A stretch of 64,000 nt of DNA from a virus (IMGVR_UViG_3300028048_000002:32001-96000), one strand, 5' to 3'; numbered from the stretch's first letter, positions 1 to 10,757 are shown. Notes: generated from the sequence alone by a model not told the origin. Numbers and translations: made by a program.

Positions 1-380
1 TAAATTGAAGGCAATACAGAAACATCATTTCCTAACATAAGATTTGAAGAGGGAATTGACCCTTCAAGTTGGTCAGACACATATAAATAATTAGAAAATG
101 TGTTTTTTGCCGATAAGATTTTCCATGTATTAGAATCAGCTAAAGCTGCATGTTCATATACATCTGAATTATCGATAAACTGGTTTAGTATGCTTATTTT
201 TCTAGAAGCTGTAACTTCTTGTTCTTCCTTTAACTGATTACATATAGCTTCCCATTGTTTTCCAATTTTAGGAGTTCGAGTAAGTCCGTTATCAGCTAGA
301 ATTTGGTCAACATTTTGAACTCCAACTCTTTCTGTTAAATCGCTTAAAGTATCTGCAGGTGATATAGAAACATATTTCAT
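1..380 (-). CDS. Baseplate/tail protein with possible LysM-like N-terminus (runs off window edge)
   Basis: ATG at 380; MKYVSISPADTLSDLTERVGVQNVDQILADNGL resembles a LysM-type start; open to the edge; in the tail module. Confidence 0.45.
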   Translation of the reverse strand, partial: MKYVSISPADTLSDLTERVGVQNVDQILADNGLTRTPKIGKQWEAICNQLKEEQEVTASRKISILNQFIDNSDVYEHAALADSNTWKILSAKNTFSNYLYVSDQLEGSIPSSNLMLGNDVSVLPSI

Positions 381-382
381 AT

Positions 383-1018
383 TTAACCTACTTCATTTAA
401 TCTAATCAATTTAATGACGTGAGGTTCACCGAACATGGTAGGAGGTCTATTAATTAATTTTCCGTCATTTCTAAGAGTTACACCCCATTTTTCAAATTCT
501 TTATAAATAATTTCTTGATCTTCTGCTGAGTATTTAGTCAACAATGTGGGGATACTAACCTCTTTCAAACTTTTGTTCAATTTATTCACGTATCTTCTAG
601 ACATATTAAAACAAGCTAGCTGAGCTTTAGGTGTTATAATATCTTCTATGTTGTCAGTGTTTAAACCTACTAGCAGATAGTGTCGATCAGCTTGAATACT
701 ATAGTCATTAATAACTTCTCCAAGCATATAACTATGCATCCAATCAGGTATTTCACATCTCCAAGATTCTATTACGGAAACATTCCTAGCAATGTAATAC
801 TTAAACGCATTAATTAGTGTGAAGTAACAAGATTCTAAGGACTGTTGGTCTTTAGAATCTAAATTATCAGTCTTCAATTCATAGGTATCATAAAAGTAAG
901 CATATTCTGAATACAAAAATGCTTCAAACATCTCTTCATCTGAAATAAGATGCGGAGGGTAATTAGGTAGATAACCGTCTTGACTATATTTAATCTTGAT
1001 GTTATATGATGCTAGCAT
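383..1018 (-). CDS. Hypothetical virion-module protein
   Basis: 211-aa ORF tightly packed in the structural operon. Confidence 0.5.
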   Translation of the reverse strand: MLASYNIKIKYSQDGYLPNYPPHLISDEEMFEAFLYSEYAYFYDTYELKTDNLDSKDQQSLESCYFTLINAFKYYIARNVSVIESWRCEIPDWMHSYMLGEVINDYSIQADRHYLLVGLNTDNIEDIITPKAQLACFNMSRRYVNKLNKSLKEVSIPTLLTKYSAEDQEIIYKEFEKWGVTLRNDGKLINRPPTMFGEPHVIKLIRLNEVG

Positions 1019-1028
1019 TGAGTATCAA

Positions 1029-4000
1029 CTATCCTATAGTCCAACCTTTGAATACATGATAACTATTACTTTCCCACCCGTCTATAGGTGTACCTAGCTC
1101 TAGACCGTTTATTGAAATAAAGTGATCAATAAACTCTGCGTTTGATAAGAAAGATATCACACCTAAATCTGTATTATCAGCACTTTCAACATTATACTTA
1201 TGAGTGAGTGCTGTAAATTGAGTTGACATGGTTATGTAACCTTCAGGCTCAGACGTAGCATAAGCTGTAACAAAATCTCCTGTAATTTTAATTTGTTTTA
1301 CTAAACTGGTTTCAGGATAAGACAAGCTAGAACCTTGAGGAAGTTTAAATTGTGCTACCGCTACAGATTTAGTTAATTCAATATTTGCAGTCATATCGTT
1401 TCTAAGATAAATGCCGCATTCAATCATATTAGAATTTTTATCTAAAGTAATACTATGTAGTCCATAATAGTAATGATTGTCGTTAATCACAGCTTCATTC
1501 CAGAGGTCCAAGTCATTTGGAATTATGGGAGTATTTACTTCAGTTACAGTCATATCAGAAACTAGCAAATCAGGATCATCATAATCTTGTTTTTCATACC
1601 ATAAAGACAAACCAGAAATTCCAGTGAACTCTGGATTATAAATTATTTCAGAAGTATCAGATGTAGCTACAACTGATCTCGGACACTTTCTAATATAGTC
1701 GATAACTTCCGAATCATAATATAAACAAGTGTCATATAAATTAATTACAGGACCATACCCTGCAGCTAAATCTTCATCACTGTAATCAAGTGCTAGATTT
1801 ATTCTGAGTTTCTGGCAATTCTTGATATTTATTGTAGTAGTATTAGTAGCTTTACCTGTAATAGATAACAGTACAGAAGTACTCCATCTACTGTCAATAT
1901 TCTTTACTTCAATCGTATTATATGTATCTTCTTCAGATAAATTAATTGTAACTTCAATAACATTTTGATTTCTAGAGTTATTGATAGAAGTTTGAATTTG
2001 AGCCTCAGTAGGAAATGCTACACGTTCGTTTACATATTCATCGAGTTCAGTTTGAATTTCAGCAGCAGTTAAACCTGTACCAAAATCTTTATCTTCCCCG
2101 AGCTGATAAGCTAAAACCCCTGATCTTAATAACGCATAATCTAGTATACGCAAGAACCCTTGTTCATCTCTATATACATATCCAGCATCTAGAGCTGTAT
2201 CTGGTACATTGTAAAAACCTCCAATAGTATCTTCAGTAGCTAATGGAATAGTACCAGTAAGCAATAGAGGATCAGAATATGTTTTTAACCCTATAGTAGA
2301 AGTAACTTTATAATAAAAGTATTTAGTACCTGTAGCAGATTTTCCGTTTAACGTTGTAGGTACTTCTTGAATTTCTAAGCAGAAGTAATCTTGGAATTTA
2401 TATTTACCGCGATACCCCGAATCATTAGGATTAGATGACGGTTCTAATAAAATTTCTGTACTCGTAGTATATTCATGGGTTGTTGGATCTACAAATTTAC
2501 CCACAGCGTATACGCTAGAAGTATCTATTTGACGATAGCTGCCTCTATATTGACTACCGTTTCCTGAAAGGTCGATTCCAAAAATCTGTTTATAATAGCT
2601 ACCATCATGTACACCTGTTGAAGTCTCAGTTACACCTCTATACTGCGATAAAGTTTCTTCAACAGCTTCAGCATCGTCATCTTGAGAACCTGGATAATAT
2701 TCAATAACTCTTGCAACTTCTACACCATCAAACCCAATAGGAGGTTCATCATTACCTACTGCAATGATTTCAGATTCAGTTGCATATCTGATATCACTTA
2801 CAATAGGAGGTAACACTACGTACATTGTTGAAGGAGCTTGAATTAAACTAGAAGAAGTATCTACTACAGAGTTGTCTGTTCTAACAAGTACATAATCTCC
2901 AACAGACCAAGTAGATTGTGAAATTGTAGGTAATCCGACTCGTTGGTTATCCTGTGTTTCAACAGAATCTACAAAAGCTCTTTGTCTACCAGCAGGTAAA
3001 TGGTAAAAATTATTGATAGATTCTTTAATAGCTTTAATAGATTTTGTATAAGAACTAGAAACCGTACCCGGAGTATTTGTAGCAAAATCTGCTTGAGGTA
3101 AATCCATTACTCTAGGTTTATAGTATAACTTTTTACCATCAGCATTCCACATGCTTCCATCTACTTGCTTATGAGGTAAAGTTAAAGTAACTTTTTCAGA
3201 AGATATATCGTATCCAAATTCTGCTTGCTCAACGCTAGGAAGTTCATCTACTGGCTCCCCTAAATCTGAAGCTTTCTGCCAAACAAACAAACTATCTGTT
3301 GAATCACACCAAGTAGGCTTACCGGATAATGTTGTACCATCCTCAGATTTTCCTGCCATGGTATATATCTTTTTTGGATTCAATCCATAATTTGTAACAA
3401 AATGCTCAGCTAAAAGTGAATCAAATTCCCCTATTCTAGAAGCTGAAATAGCTTGTACTTTATAAGGATTTTGACGGATATTATTTCCGTTAATCGCACC
3501 ATCAATATACGAAAATTCTGCTAATTTTAAATGCGCTGTAACTAATTCGTCGGTATCTGGAGAATCCTGAGGTAATACAAAATATCCAGCTTCTATCTTT
3601 CCAATAGGTAATATGACAATCTGAATACCTGTCATCATATTAACGTTATTTTCAGTTTTTAGAGAAGCTGCTAATGTTTGTTCTGTGCTATACATAGCAC
3701 GTAACCCAATAGCTAAACGACCTGTTAAGGGAGTTAAGTCTTTTGTTCGTAATATCTTATTAGCTTCAGCTAAATCTACAACTACATTAGTTAAAGATTC
3801 AAAAAAATGACCGTTTACTACAGCACGACCTGCAGTGATTTCTAAAGTAGTACTAGAAATTTGAATACCATTTTCATCTTTTTGTACATCAACTCTAAAA
3901 TCATCAACCGAATGACAATATGAAGGCCCTATATAATATTTTACTGCTTCAGAAGTAAGTACACTTTCTCTAGAACGTAAATTAAACTCCGTAAGAAGCT

Positions 4001-4070
4001 GTCCTCCGGTTTTACTATTAGCATTGGGAAATATGTTTGTTGTATTAGCAGGAAATCTGACAAAATTCAT
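1029..4070 (-). CDS. Large baseplate/tail structural protein
   Basis: 1013 aa, acidic and beta-rich; LEITAGRAVVNGHFFE is typical of baseplate/tail-fibre-base proteins; downstream of the tape measure gene. Confidence 0.55.
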   Translation of the reverse strand: MNFVRFPANTTNIFPNANSKTGGQLLTEFNLRSRESVLTSEAVKYYIGPSYCHSVDDFRVDVQKDENGIQISSTTLEITAGRAVVNGHFFESLTNVVVDLAEANKILRTKDLTPLTGRLAIGLRAMYSTEQTLAASLKTENNVNMMTGIQIVILPIGKIEAGYFVLPQDSPDTDELVTAHLKLAEFSYIDGAINGNNIRQNPYKVQAISASRIGEFDSLLAEHFVTNYGLNPKKIYTMAGKSEDGTTLSGKPTWCDSTDSLFVWQKASDLGEPVDELPSVEQAEFGYDISSEKVTLTLPHKQVDGSMWNADGKKLYYKPRVMDLPQADFATNTPGTVSSSYTKSIKAIKESINNFYHLPAGRQRAFVDSVETQDNQRVGLPTISQSTWSVGDYVLVRTDNSVVDTSSSLIQAPSTMYVVLPPIVSDIRYATESEIIAVGNDEPPIGFDGVEVARVIEYYPGSQDDDAEAVEETLSQYRGVTETSTGVHDGSYYKQIFGIDLSGNGSQYRGSYRQIDTSSVYAVGKFVDPTTHEYTTSTEILLEPSSNPNDSGYRGKYKFQDYFCLEIQEVPTTLNGKSATGTKYFYYKVTSTIGLKTYSDPLLLTGTIPLATEDTIGGFYNVPDTALDAGYVYRDEQGFLRILDYALLRSGVLAYQLGEDKDFGTGLTAAEIQTELDEYVNERVAFPTEAQIQTSINNSRNQNVIEVTINLSEEDTYNTIEVKNIDSRWSTSVLLSITGKATNTTTINIKNCQKLRINLALDYSDEDLAAGYGPVINLYDTCLYYDSEVIDYIRKCPRSVVATSDTSEIIYNPEFTGISGLSLWYEKQDYDDPDLLVSDMTVTEVNTPIIPNDLDLWNEAVINDNHYYYGLHSITLDKNSNMIECGIYLRNDMTANIELTKSVAVAQFKLPQGSSLSYPETSLVKQIKITGDFVTAYATSEPEGYITMSTQFTALTHKYNVESADNTDLGVISFLSNAEFIDHFISINGLELGTPIDGWESNSYHVFKGWTIG

Positions 4071-4096
4071 AATTTACATACCTTTAACAACGTAAT

Positions 4097-4285
4097 TTAG
4101 TATAAAAGTCTGTCAATGATTATTTCAGCTATATCATCACTGTAACTTCTAAATCTTCCAGAAAAATCAGTGAAGTTAAATAAATCAGTGAAGTTAAACA
4201 AATTTAATTGTGACTCAATATCATAAATCATGAAATCACTTAATGCTTCACCCAGGTCTTCAGAATTAAATGTAAAGTGTCTCAT
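4097..4285 (-). CDS. Small hypothetical protein with an internal 18-bp tandem duplication (LFNFTD x2)
   Basis: AGGAG RBS; duplicated aaatcagtgaagttaaa. Confidence 0.5.
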   Translation of the reverse strand: MRHFTFNSEDLGEALSDFMIYDIESQLNLFNFTDLFNFTDFSGRFRSYSDDIAEIIIDRLLY

Positions 4286-4340
4286 TGTTACTTAACTCCT
4301 AACTGTATAAATAAAAGTAAAATATGTAAAATATATAAGG

Positions 4341-7300
4341 CTACTTATTAAGAGGTGTAGCAGATTTTGTAAATGCCATACCAGTTGATCCAGAAGTTGT
4401 TGTACTAGTTGTGCTTGGTGCTGCACCTACTTCACTAACTGTCATACCTGTAGCTAACGCTGCAATAGCATCAGGTAATTTAAGTTTTCCTTGAGTGTTA
4501 TTCTGTTGGAATATACCTTGTACTACACGAAGTATTTGAGCTAAGAAAACATTTTGTTGAACTGTTGGATCCATAAGATCTTCAATAGGGTTTGTAGTTA
4601 AAGCTTCAGTTAATGCATTTAACTTATCTTCAGCAGTCTTCTTTTCTGCTTTCTTAATAGCATCTAACGCACTGTTATATGCACTGCCTTTTTTATCCAT
4701 GCCAAGTTTTGAATTATAATCTGTATGCTTAATATAATAATTGGTCCAATCAGTTCTAAATCCTTTAAATTCAGTAACCATTTCCGTATGGAATAGATTA
4801 ACATCTGAATCAACTTTATCAAACCAGGAATTCATTTCACCTCTAAAGCCTGTACCACCTACAGTTTTACCTCCTGAAGTTCCATTACTGTCAATATCAC
4901 TTAACCATGAATCAACACCGGGCCAAAAAATACTCATTAAATCGCCTTTATCAAGAACATCGTGAATATTAGTATTAGCAAGTTCCAGCAGACGTTGAGT
5001 CTCACTCCAAAACTTTTCTTCATCTTGCTCTCGTTTAATAGCTTTTTCCGAAGCTGATTGAGATTCTAATCCTGTAAAATAATTCATTACATCTGAAGGA
5101 TCATATCCAAGTTCTGTAAATGCTTCACTTAAATTAGCAATTCCAAATTTAGAAGCTGTAGCAGCCCAAGCTTCATATCCCGATTGACCAAATTTTCCTG
5201 CAGATACAAGTTTACTAATATTTTGTTGTGCAAGATCTGCAGCTTCTAGCAAAGCACTAGACTCCAAATCTTTCTTTACTCGTTCTTTAGTAAGCTCTAA
5301 AGCTCTTTGTTGAACTTCTTGGTTAAATTTACTAAGATTAGAAGCAGCACTAGCATTAGCTAATTTAGAACTATATAGAATATCCGCAATGCCATATTTT
5401 TCAGGATCAGAAAGATATTTTTGAGCTAAAGCATCTATAGTAGATTGTGTAATTTTACCTAAAGCCGATTTAGCTAATCTAGATTTTTCTTTTTCTATAG
5501 CTTCATCAATTTTAGACTTGATGTTAGTACCGAAGAAATTAGACATAGTACTAAGCATCTTGTTAAAGTTTGTTTCTAGTCTTTTTAGATTGATAGCAGA
5601 AGCAATGGACGCTTGAGACATTCCAGAACTAGAACCGCCACCTCCAAATGTGAGAATTTCTCCTCTACTTGAAGTACCTAAGCTGGCATACGCACTTTTA
5701 CCTAAATCTTTCCAAGTATAAGTTACATCTCCTTGAACTAACTTAGATTTAAGTAATTGTTCCAAATAAGTATTTGTAAGCTTAAGGTCTTTTCCTCTAG
5801 TATTTAAAGCTCGTTTAATTGCTTCATTACCTTGTCCAACTTTTCCGGCTTCTAATACTCTAGGAATTCGTCCATACGCATCATCTAATGCTTCAATTCT
5901 GGTTCTTTGAAGGTTATATAATTTAGTTAAATTAGTTACAGGAATTAGAGTATGAAGTATTTGAAGACCAATTTCTACCATTCTATTAAGATGCTCCATA
6001 GCAGCACCACGTAAATCTACTCCATATTCGGCTTCTTGAATCTGTTGAGCTATTTGTTCATCCCACATGTGTTCTTGAATAGATCTTGCAACTTCATTAT
6101 CAAGTACATATGCAAGACCTTCATTCATCATGTATTCGTTTATTTCTCTAATTCTAGCTTGATCTGCATTAGAAGTTGATTGTCCAGAAGCTAAAGCTTT
6201 CATATTTTCAGTCAAAGCTGCATCTGATACATTCATATTATCAATAGCTTTAGACAGATAACTGAAATCTACACGAGCAAAAGCACTAGAATCTAACCCA
6301 AATATATTAGATAATCCTTCAGCAACTTCCATATAATTAGATTCAGACATATTCTGCATTCTAGCAAGATTTTGAAATAAAGTAGAAAATACTTTCTGAG
6401 GAGAAGCTGCAAATTGTTGCAAAAACTCGGTATTTGAAGCATTGATACCTGCTAAAGATCTTAAAGCTACAATTTGACTATTATTACCCCCAACTGCAGA
6501 ATTATAAATAGCATCTACAATACTTGAAGCTAAATCCGGAGCTATAGCTCCAGTTATTGCGGAAACTGAAGTAAGTACACCAGCTAATTGTGAAGGATCA
6601 TTTGTTCTAGCTGCTATTGATATTTCTACAGCTTTAGAAAATAAATCACTGGCATTTTGAAGTCCAGTATTAAAACCACCTGTAAGCTGTCTACTAGCAT
6701 AAGCTACATCACTAGCAAATAACTCTAATTGAGAATTTGCATATGATATTGCATCTGATTGTGATTTTCCAGATTTTACAGCATTTGAAGCTAAAGCAGC
6801 ATAAGCTTCAGCATAACTGAAAAAATCTTGTGTAGGCATTGCTGCATTTAATTTTGTAGCTTGATATGCAAATTCTTCTGCAGCTTTACCTGAAAGACCT
6901 GATTTAAGAACATTAGCTAAACCTTCGGTAATTTCAGCTGAACTTATTACTGCACCTAAACCCTCAGATTTAAGTCTGCTAGAATAAGCACCCATCAAAG
7001 ATTGTAAATCTGCTTTAGAATATCCTTGTGTTTGATTTATTAATCTTAAATTTGAATCCCAAGCTTGATAAACAGCCTCAGCAGCTTTTTGCAAGGTTTC
7101 AAACGGAGCTTTTACAATATCGGTAATATCAGCACGTAAACGTTCATTAGCTAACTCTACTCGTCTAGCTCTAGTAGTGACACCTCTATTACTAGCAGCT
7201 TTCATAGCTTTGAAATATTCAGCCCAAGAAGCAAATATTTTACCCATCCAATCTGTTATTACTTCTAGAGCTATAGGAATAAGCTGTATCGCTATTGCAA

Positions 7301-8120
7301 TTTCTCCTACACCAGGAATTGCAGCTAATATACCTTTAGATACTAATCCGGTTACAGCAGACATACTACCTTTAGATAAAAGTGAACCTGCAGCTTTTGT
7401 TGCGGCTTGTGTTGCAGCTTCACTTGCGATTTTACCTCCAGCTCCTGAAGTAACTTGCTCCAAACCTTGAGATAAAATTTTACTTGCACCAGCTGTAGTT
7501 TTACTTCCGCCTAATTTATCTGTAATAGTTGAAAGTTTATCTAAACCAGATTTTTTCAAAGTTTCGCTTAATTTGCCTTCTAAATTATCTTTTGCAAAAC
7601 TTTTAATTTTATCTGTAGCCATATCTTCAAAATTAGATATAGCTTGATCTTTCCATTTAGAATATTGATCCGTAATTTCTTTAAATGGTCCAACATCTTT
7701 TAAAGCATCTAAAGCAGATTCAGTAAGTCTCTGTCCAAATTGTTTTGGTAAATCTTCAATACTTGTCCCAAGTTCATCTGCAAAAGTATTTAAAAGGTTT
7801 CCAATTTCTTTTTCAAAATCACCTACACCTATTGCTTCTTTTATTGCATCTTCTACACCTGAAGAAAATTGGGAAGCAACAGATGTTGATCTTTTTGAAT
7901 TAATACTAGAATTACGTCTATTATATACAGCCTGAGTTTCTTCAAAAGCAGCATTTTTAGCATTTCTAAAATCTTGTGCTGCGGATTGTGACACATTTTT
8001 AGAAATATCACCTAGAAGTTTTTCAATTCTATCTAATTGTGCTGAAGTACTTTGATGCTCAACTGTAGATGTACTTATTTTAGTTAATGCATCAAATAAT
8101 TTGTCTATATTTTCTGCCAT
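4341..8120 (-). CDS. Tail tape measure protein
   Basis: ~1260 aa, Ala/Ser/Leu-rich and helical with a hydrophobic stretch; directly downstream of the chaperone pair; probable start MAENID at 8120 (AAGGA RBS). Confidence 0.75.
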   Translation of the reverse strand: MAENIDKLFDALTKISTSTVEHQSTSAQLDRIEKLLGDISKNVSQSAAQDFRNAKNAAFEETQAVYNRRNSSINSKRSTSVASQFSSGVEDAIKEAIGVGDFEKEIGNLLNTFADELGTSIEDLPKQFGQRLTESALDALKDVGPFKEITDQYSKWKDQAISNFEDMATDKIKSFAKDNLEGKLSETLKKSGLDKLSTITDKLGGSKTTAGASKILSQGLEQVTSGAGGKIASEAATQAATKAAGSLLSKGSMSAVTGLVSKGILAAIPGVGEIAIAIQLIPIALEVITDWMGKIFASWAEYFKAMKAASNRGVTTRARRVELANERLRADITDIVKAPFETLQKAAEAVYQAWDSNLRLINQTQGYSKADLQSLMGAYSSRLKSEGLGAVISSAEITEGLANVLKSGLSGKAAEEFAYQATKLNAAMPTQDFFSYAEAYAALASNAVKSGKSQSDAISYANSQLELFASDVAYASRQLTGGFNTGLQNASDLFSKAVEISIAARTNDPSQLAGVLTSVSAITGAIAPDLASSIVDAIYNSAVGGNNSQIVALRSLAGINASNTEFLQQFAASPQKVFSTLFQNLARMQNMSESNYMEVAEGLSNIFGLDSSAFARVDFSYLSKAIDNMNVSDAALTENMKALASGQSTSNADQARIREINEYMMNEGLAYVLDNEVARSIQEHMWDEQIAQQIQEAEYGVDLRGAAMEHLNRMVEIGLQILHTLIPVTNLTKLYNLQRTRIEALDDAYGRIPRVLEAGKVGQGNEAIKRALNTRGKDLKLTNTYLEQLLKSKLVQGDVTYTWKDLGKSAYASLGTSSRGEILTFGGGGSSSGMSQASIASAINLKRLETNFNKMLSTMSNFFGTNIKSKIDEAIEKEKSRLAKSALGKITQSTIDALAQKYLSDPEKYGIADILYSSKLANASAASNLSKFNQEVQQRALELTKERVKKDLESSALLEAADLAQQNISKLVSAGKFGQSGYEAWAATASKFGIANLSEAFTELGYDPSDVMNYFTGLESQSASEKAIKREQDEEKFWSETQRLLELANTNIHDVLDKGDLMSIFWPGVDSWLSDIDSNGTSGGKTVGGTGFRGEMNSWFDKVDSDVNLFHTEMVTEFKGFRTDWTNYYIKHTDYNSKLGMDKKGSAYNSALDAIKKAEKKTAEDKLNALTEALTTNPIEDLMDPTVQQNVFLAQILRVVQGIFQQNNTQGKLKLPDAIAALATGMTVSEVGAAPSTTSTTTSGSTGMAFTKSATPLNK

Positions 8121-8137
8121 ATTGATTCCTTGATTAT

Positions 8138-8166
8138 AAAAAGGGATAATCATTTCTGATTATCCC
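8138..8166 (-). terminator. Intrinsic terminator after the tail chaperone genes
   Basis: GGGATAATCA-GAAA-TGATTATCCC followed by TTTTT on the minus strand. Confidence 0.65.
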
Positions 8167-8172
8167 TAGATT

Positions 8173-8475
8173 CTATTTCATCTTCTTGAGATCTTCTTCT
8201 CGCTTCTTTAATTCATTATCTAAGGATTCTACATATTTTTTCCTAATTTGTATTGGTTGATTCATTACCCAATCAGCAGAAATAGCACCTTCAGAAGCAC
8301 GAGCTATAAAAACTACTTCGTCTATTACATTCTCATAAGCTTGTTTTCTTAACTCTAAATACGTTTTACGCTTCCCGTCTACTTCTATCGTCTCGCCATC
8401 TCCGTAAGCAAGCCATGTCTGGACGAAAAAAGCTCTCATCAATAAAAGCAACAAAAGCTGCTTCAGGGTTACCAC
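8173..8475 (-). CDS. Second tail-assembly chaperone ORF (probably reached by frameshift)
   Basis: Overlaps the upstream ORF; YENVIDEVVFIARASEGAISADWVMNQP resembles pre-TMP chaperone C-terminal domains; no good RBS/start of its own. Confidence 0.55.
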   Translation of the reverse strand: MVTLKQLLLLLLMRAFFVQTWLAYGDGETIEVDGKRKTYLELRKQAYENVIDEVVFIARASEGAISADWVMNQPIQIRKKYVESLDNELKKREEDLKKMK

Positions 8476-9148
8476 ATCGGGGACACGCTATTGTACCACC
8501 ACCCCTTAATCCATAATCCTCTAACTCAGAAATTTTTTCTTGTAAAATAATATAATCAGCGGGTTCCATTTCTCTTTGTAAAGTTAACCGAATAGATACA
8601 GGGTCCATTCTCTGACCACCAATTGATTTTATCATATAACAAATTCTAGCGAACCTGCGATTACTTTTACCAAAAGCATCTTGAAATTGCTTGTCTTTTC
8701 TAGAGTTGAGTATTTCTTGAATTGTAGGTAAATGAATTTCTATATCTTTATTAAATGTAATAAACTCTTCTTTAGAAATAGTAATTCTATTCTCAAAATC
8801 CGGTGGAAGAGGTTTACATCCAACAGTTTCTAAATTAGCTAAATATTCACCTCTAGTAGTGGTTTCACATTTATCGCAAAATATAGCACCAATTTTTACA
8901 TAAGGACCGTAATTAATAAATCTTAAACAACGTAAAACCCAATAGTAATCAATTTCTAGAAGATTTTTAGGTTCGATATCTTCTTCAATACATTTAGGAA
9001 GAATTTTAGTTAACATTGTTTCATCAAAATCTTCAGCACCTACATAATCTAATTCAGATCCAGTAGTTACAGAAGTTAGCGTAAGTTCTCCTGGAATCGT
9101 ATCATATACGGATGAGCCTAATAGTTGAATCTTCTCACTGATTGTCAT
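8366..9148 (-). CDS. Baseplate hub/tail assembly chaperone (T4 gp26-like)
   Basis: LLEIDYYWVLRCLR, CDKC and CPRC zinc pairs, ends ..SFFRP; upstream of the TMP; GGAGGT RBS. Confidence 0.65.
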   Translation of the reverse strand: MTISEKIQLLGSSVYDTIPGELTLTSVTTGSELDYVGAEDFDETMLTKILPKCIEEDIEPKNLLEIDYYWVLRCLRFINYGPYVKIGAIFCDKCETTTRGEYLANLETVGCKPLPPDFENRITISKEEFITFNKDIEIHLPTIQEILNSRKDKQFQDAFGKSNRRFARICYMIKSIGGQRMDPVSIRLTLQREMEPADYIILQEKISELEDYGLRGGGTIACPRCGNPEAAFVAFIDESFFRPDMACLRRWRDDRSRREA

Positions 9149-9219
9149 AAATTTACCTACCTCCAAAGGTTTTGAAGTTTTATCACATATGAATGAAAGG
9201 TTTCAAAATATTCAATGAT

Positions 9220-9399
9220 TCAAAATTTACGTTTAAATTGATATGACTGTGTAGTATAAGAAGGTTTATAGCTATACTGCAGTGTTCCTACGAATTTATA
9301 GGATTCACAAGAATTGCTATATGCGAACTTCGGGCCATATTTAAAACAACTTCCAATACTTGTGTTATACCAATAGCAATTTATGCAATGCTTTATCAT
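9220..9399 (-). CDS. Small Cys-rich protein (59 aa; not in the ORF track)
   Basis: MIKHCINCYWYNTSIGSCFKY..; ATGA overlap with the deaminase stop codon. Confidence 0.5.
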   Translation of the reverse strand: MIKHCINCYWYNTSIGSCFKYGPKFAYSNSCESYKFVGTLQYSYKPSYTTQSYQFKRKF

Positions 9400-9935
9400 A
9401 AATCACAACATCCAAACGGTTTATCAAGATGCCCAGTAGTATAATAAACTTTTTGAATTCCCAGGTCTTGAAGAGCGTGTGCACATGCAGGGCAAGGAAG
9501 AGCTAACCCTGTACATCCCTCTAAACCCGGAGCTACTCTAAAAATATACACCTCTACATGCTTCCAATCAAGTTTCTGCATAACTGGATAAGGTATATGC
9601 TTAATTGCATCTATTTCAGCATGTAGACTATGGACTATCAAATTAGAATCATCTGTAATATTCCAATCTCGATATTTTTCATTATATCTTTTTTGTATAG
9701 GATCTGTTTTTAATTTATTGTGACCCTTACCAATTACATGATTCTTATATACTATAACACATCCAAGCTTTGCTGCGCTAAAATCGCTTTTAAAGGCTTC
9801 ATTGCGTGCAAGCAAAAACCATTTTTTTGCATATTGAGGAAATTCCGAAAGTTCAAGCCAGCTATCTAGATGCTTAGAAGTAGTATAAGAAATCAAATCT
9901 ATTTGATATTTAGTCAATCTGCTTGAAGTTCTCAT
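9396..9935 (-). CDS. CMP/dCMP-type zinc-dependent deaminase
   Basis: HAE and PCPAC motifs, LGCVIVYKNHVIGKGHN; start position uncertain. Confidence 0.85.
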   Translation of the reverse strand: MRTSSRLTKYQIDLISYTTSKHLDSWLELSEFPQYAKKWFLLARNEAFKSDFSAAKLGCVIVYKNHVIGKGHNKLKTDPIQKRYNEKYRDWNITDDSNLIVHSLHAEIDAIKHIPYPVMQKLDWKHVEVYIFRVAPGLEGCTGLALPCPACAHALQDLGIQKVYYTTGHLDKPFGCCDL

Positions 9936-10302
9936 CTTTGTCTTCACAAGGTTCAGAATTTGCATTATGCAATCGATTAATAAATTCAAGTACAGCAGAA
10001 TAATCAATACATTCAGAAGTCAAATTACGTCCATAATCAATAATATCATAGACAATTTTTTCTTCTTCAGTTGGTTCAGGATAATGAATTTCTGCATAAT
10101 CAACTAATTGACCATCAACTTCAACATATGCAGATTTATCTGAACCAAAGTATACAGCAGAAATTTTACCTGTAATACATGTATCATCTTCAAAAACTAC
10201 CTTAGCTCGATGCCCTGGAATTACATATTTATTATCAGTGTAGTATTTAGGCCACTGAAATCCTTCAGGCATGAAATTGTTTGAAAGTTTTTCAAATTTC
10301 AT
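9910..10302 (-). CDS. Hypothetical protein
   Basis: 130-aa ORF with GGAG RBS. Confidence 0.55.
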   Translation of the reverse strand: MKFEKLSNNFMPEGFQWPKYYTDNKYVIPGHRAKVVFEDDTCITGKISAVYFGSDKSAYVEVDGQLVDYAEIHYPEPTEEEKIVYDIIDYGRNLTSECIDYSAVLEFINRLHNANSEPCEDKDENFKQID

Positions 10303-10333
10303 AAAATCTCCTAACTGTTACTAATAAAATGTA

Positions 10334-10378
10334 AAGCTGTTAACGATGATAAGAATATTTTACCATCGCTAACAGCTT
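10334..10378 (-). terminator. Hairpin/terminator
   Basis: AAGCTGTTAACGATG...CATCGCTAACAGCTT inverted repeat just after the ORF ending at 10394. Confidence 0.5.
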
Positions 10379-10393
10379 GATTACTAGCATTTA

Positions 10394-10684
10394 CTAATGA
10401 ATATACAACCTATTGTAAGAACTCTGTTTTTGATATGGTGACAAATCTTCACCTAGGACCTCATGAAGTTTAGAAGTATCAAAGTTTCTAGTGATGCAGC
10501 AAGAATAACTAAGGGTATAATTCGGACCTACTACTTTTTCTTTAGGCTGAATTTCATTATATTCGAGATAATCGAAAATCTGTGCTTTAATTTCAGCAAG
10601 TTCAGCATCAAGTGAAGCTTTCTGAGATTGGAGTTTGCGATACCTAGCAATAGCACTTCTAAGTTCATTTTTATTATGACACAT
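10394..10684 (-). CDS. Small early protein (coiled-coil N-terminus)
   Basis: AGGAGG RBS; preceded by a sigma70-type promoter. Confidence 0.55.
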   Translation of the reverse strand: MCHNKNELRSAIARYRKLQSQKASLDAELAEIKAQIFDYLEYNEIQPKEKVVGPNYTLSYSCCITRNFDTSKLHEVLGEDLSPYQKQSSYNRLYIH

Positions 10685-10728
10685 GAGTTCCTCCTTTTGG
10701 ATTATTGATATATCATGTACACACATAT

Positions 10729-10757
10729 ATGATAGTATAGATTTATATGAAAGTCAA
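10729..10757 (-). promoter_or_regulatory. Sigma70-type (early) promoter
   Basis: TTGACT-N17-TATCAT. Confidence 0.6.

Noticed and set aside
9220-9399. Apparent intergenic region with hairpins as an ncRNA
   Set aside because: Occupied by a 59-aa Cys-rich ORF translationally coupled to the deaminase gene.
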